Source of the DNA: Laetmonice hystrix
Lineage: Eukaryota
Reading direction: 5' to 3'
Assembly (NCBI GenBank): GCA_965235115.1
Contig: OZ249440.1
Span: forward strand, 34,164,001 to 34,228,000
DNA: 64,000 bases
Shown here: positions 62,901-64,000 of the stretch, piece after piece
How the letters are laid out: the number at the start of each line of letters is the position of its first letter
Position numbering within the stretch: the first letter of the stretch is position 1
Notes under the pieces: model-generated
Seen by the model: only the letters and a program-made list of their open reading frames with translations
Told to the model about the DNA's origin: nothing
Databases searched by the model: none
Translations under genes and position numbers: made by a program

Positions 62901-64000
62901 CTTCTCGGCCAGAACGGATACAGGCATAGACCATTGGTACCGGCAACCCAAAGTCGGGCCGCGAATGTCCTCACACACCTTAAAGGAAATATGTCCTGGG
63001 GTTATCAACCGAAATCTTAGTTTTCTGGTTACCTGCTCACCCCTGACGTACTTTATGGCACGGATTGTTTTTCATATTGATTCTGTTAACATTGTAGAGA
63101 AATGAATAAAACTAGCTGCCTTGTCCGCAAAGTGCTATGAATCCGCCATATGGCTGCCACGAATCGTTTGAATGGCTCCCATGATCATGTGACTCTCGCT
63201 GTGATTACTAGAGATGTAAACAGTGGGACTATAATGGCCCATCCGCCGATCGTGTGAAAAGGGTGCAAAACACAGATGGCTGCACTTCCCGGGGTCTCCG
63301 AATCTAAGCGTGTCATTTTCAGAGACCACATTAAGATAAAAAATTACTGGCCAAAGCTACATAAACAGGTAGGGGACCTTTAGGACATATATAGGAGAAC
63401 CGCATTGCAGACATATTTTTGCTGAAACACGACGTATTATTTGAAATTCATGCCATATTACATTTAACCGACCGCAACCAAAATGCCCTTACCACTAGTG
63501 GCCTCCTGCAAATTCACAATAATACGGGACCGTTAACTGCTGAACCACTGGCGGTGGGGATCTTTATTATCATTACGTAAAGCTGGTGCAGGTACTATAT
63601 AGGAAATGCCATTTGTTTACGATTATGACGTCATAGAGGGAGAACCCCAGACTAATGTGCCTACCGGATGTTGCCTACCAATGGGCTAAAAGGTGTAAAC
63701 AATGACGCCATGCCAGCATTTCCTATAGGTTATATTATGTAAGTGGGATGTGAAGGGATTATAACAACATCAACTCTGAAAGGCCAGAACGTACAGAGGG
63801 AAGGTATATTCACGAAGAAATTTTGAAGATTCCACCCAAGTAGGCCTATCCCGTTGATATAGAACGAGGAATCCGAGTTCACATGTAGGAGCTCCTCTTC
63901 ACAAATGCCAAAGTCGATTTCCATTGGGAGACTGTTCTATCATAATCTGAAATGGCAGTCTATTTTATACATCAGATGAAAAACAATGATTTATAACATT

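Noticed and set aside
63000..63960. Possible Mab-21/cGAS-like exon relics (QW/EIDFGICEEELL)
   Set aside because: The resemblance is faint and needs frameshifts; it cannot be supported without a profile search.

Overview
Eukaryotic DNA, most likely from a marine invertebrate: it has spliceosomal introns, a Meta/MESC-type SINE and many poly-G tracts. The window is an almost pure, deeply nested transposon graveyard with no recognisable host housekeeping gene. From left to right it contains: a decayed EnSpm/CACTA transposase with a SAM-domain exon downstream; an Academ-like 3.8-kb foldback element; a solo LTR; a young 2.6-kb LTR element whose only cargo is a baculovirus-F/errantivirus-type env ORF (no pol, at most a gag stub); a decayed Harbinger transposon; two copies of an hAT element with Ac-identical TIRs; a multi-exon zinc-finger/tyrosine-recombinase gene that can be rebuilt by removing three TSD-flanked insertions; SGNH-hydrolase and OB-fold relics; pieces of an I-clade LINE; a Polinton/adintovirus-like gene cluster (adenain protease fragment, an intact spliced CARD-PC4-PC4 gene and a CxGC-H ORF); a Crypton-type recombinase relic; and several MITEs and tandem repeats. 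All family assignments come from motif recognition by eye and have not been checked by database search.
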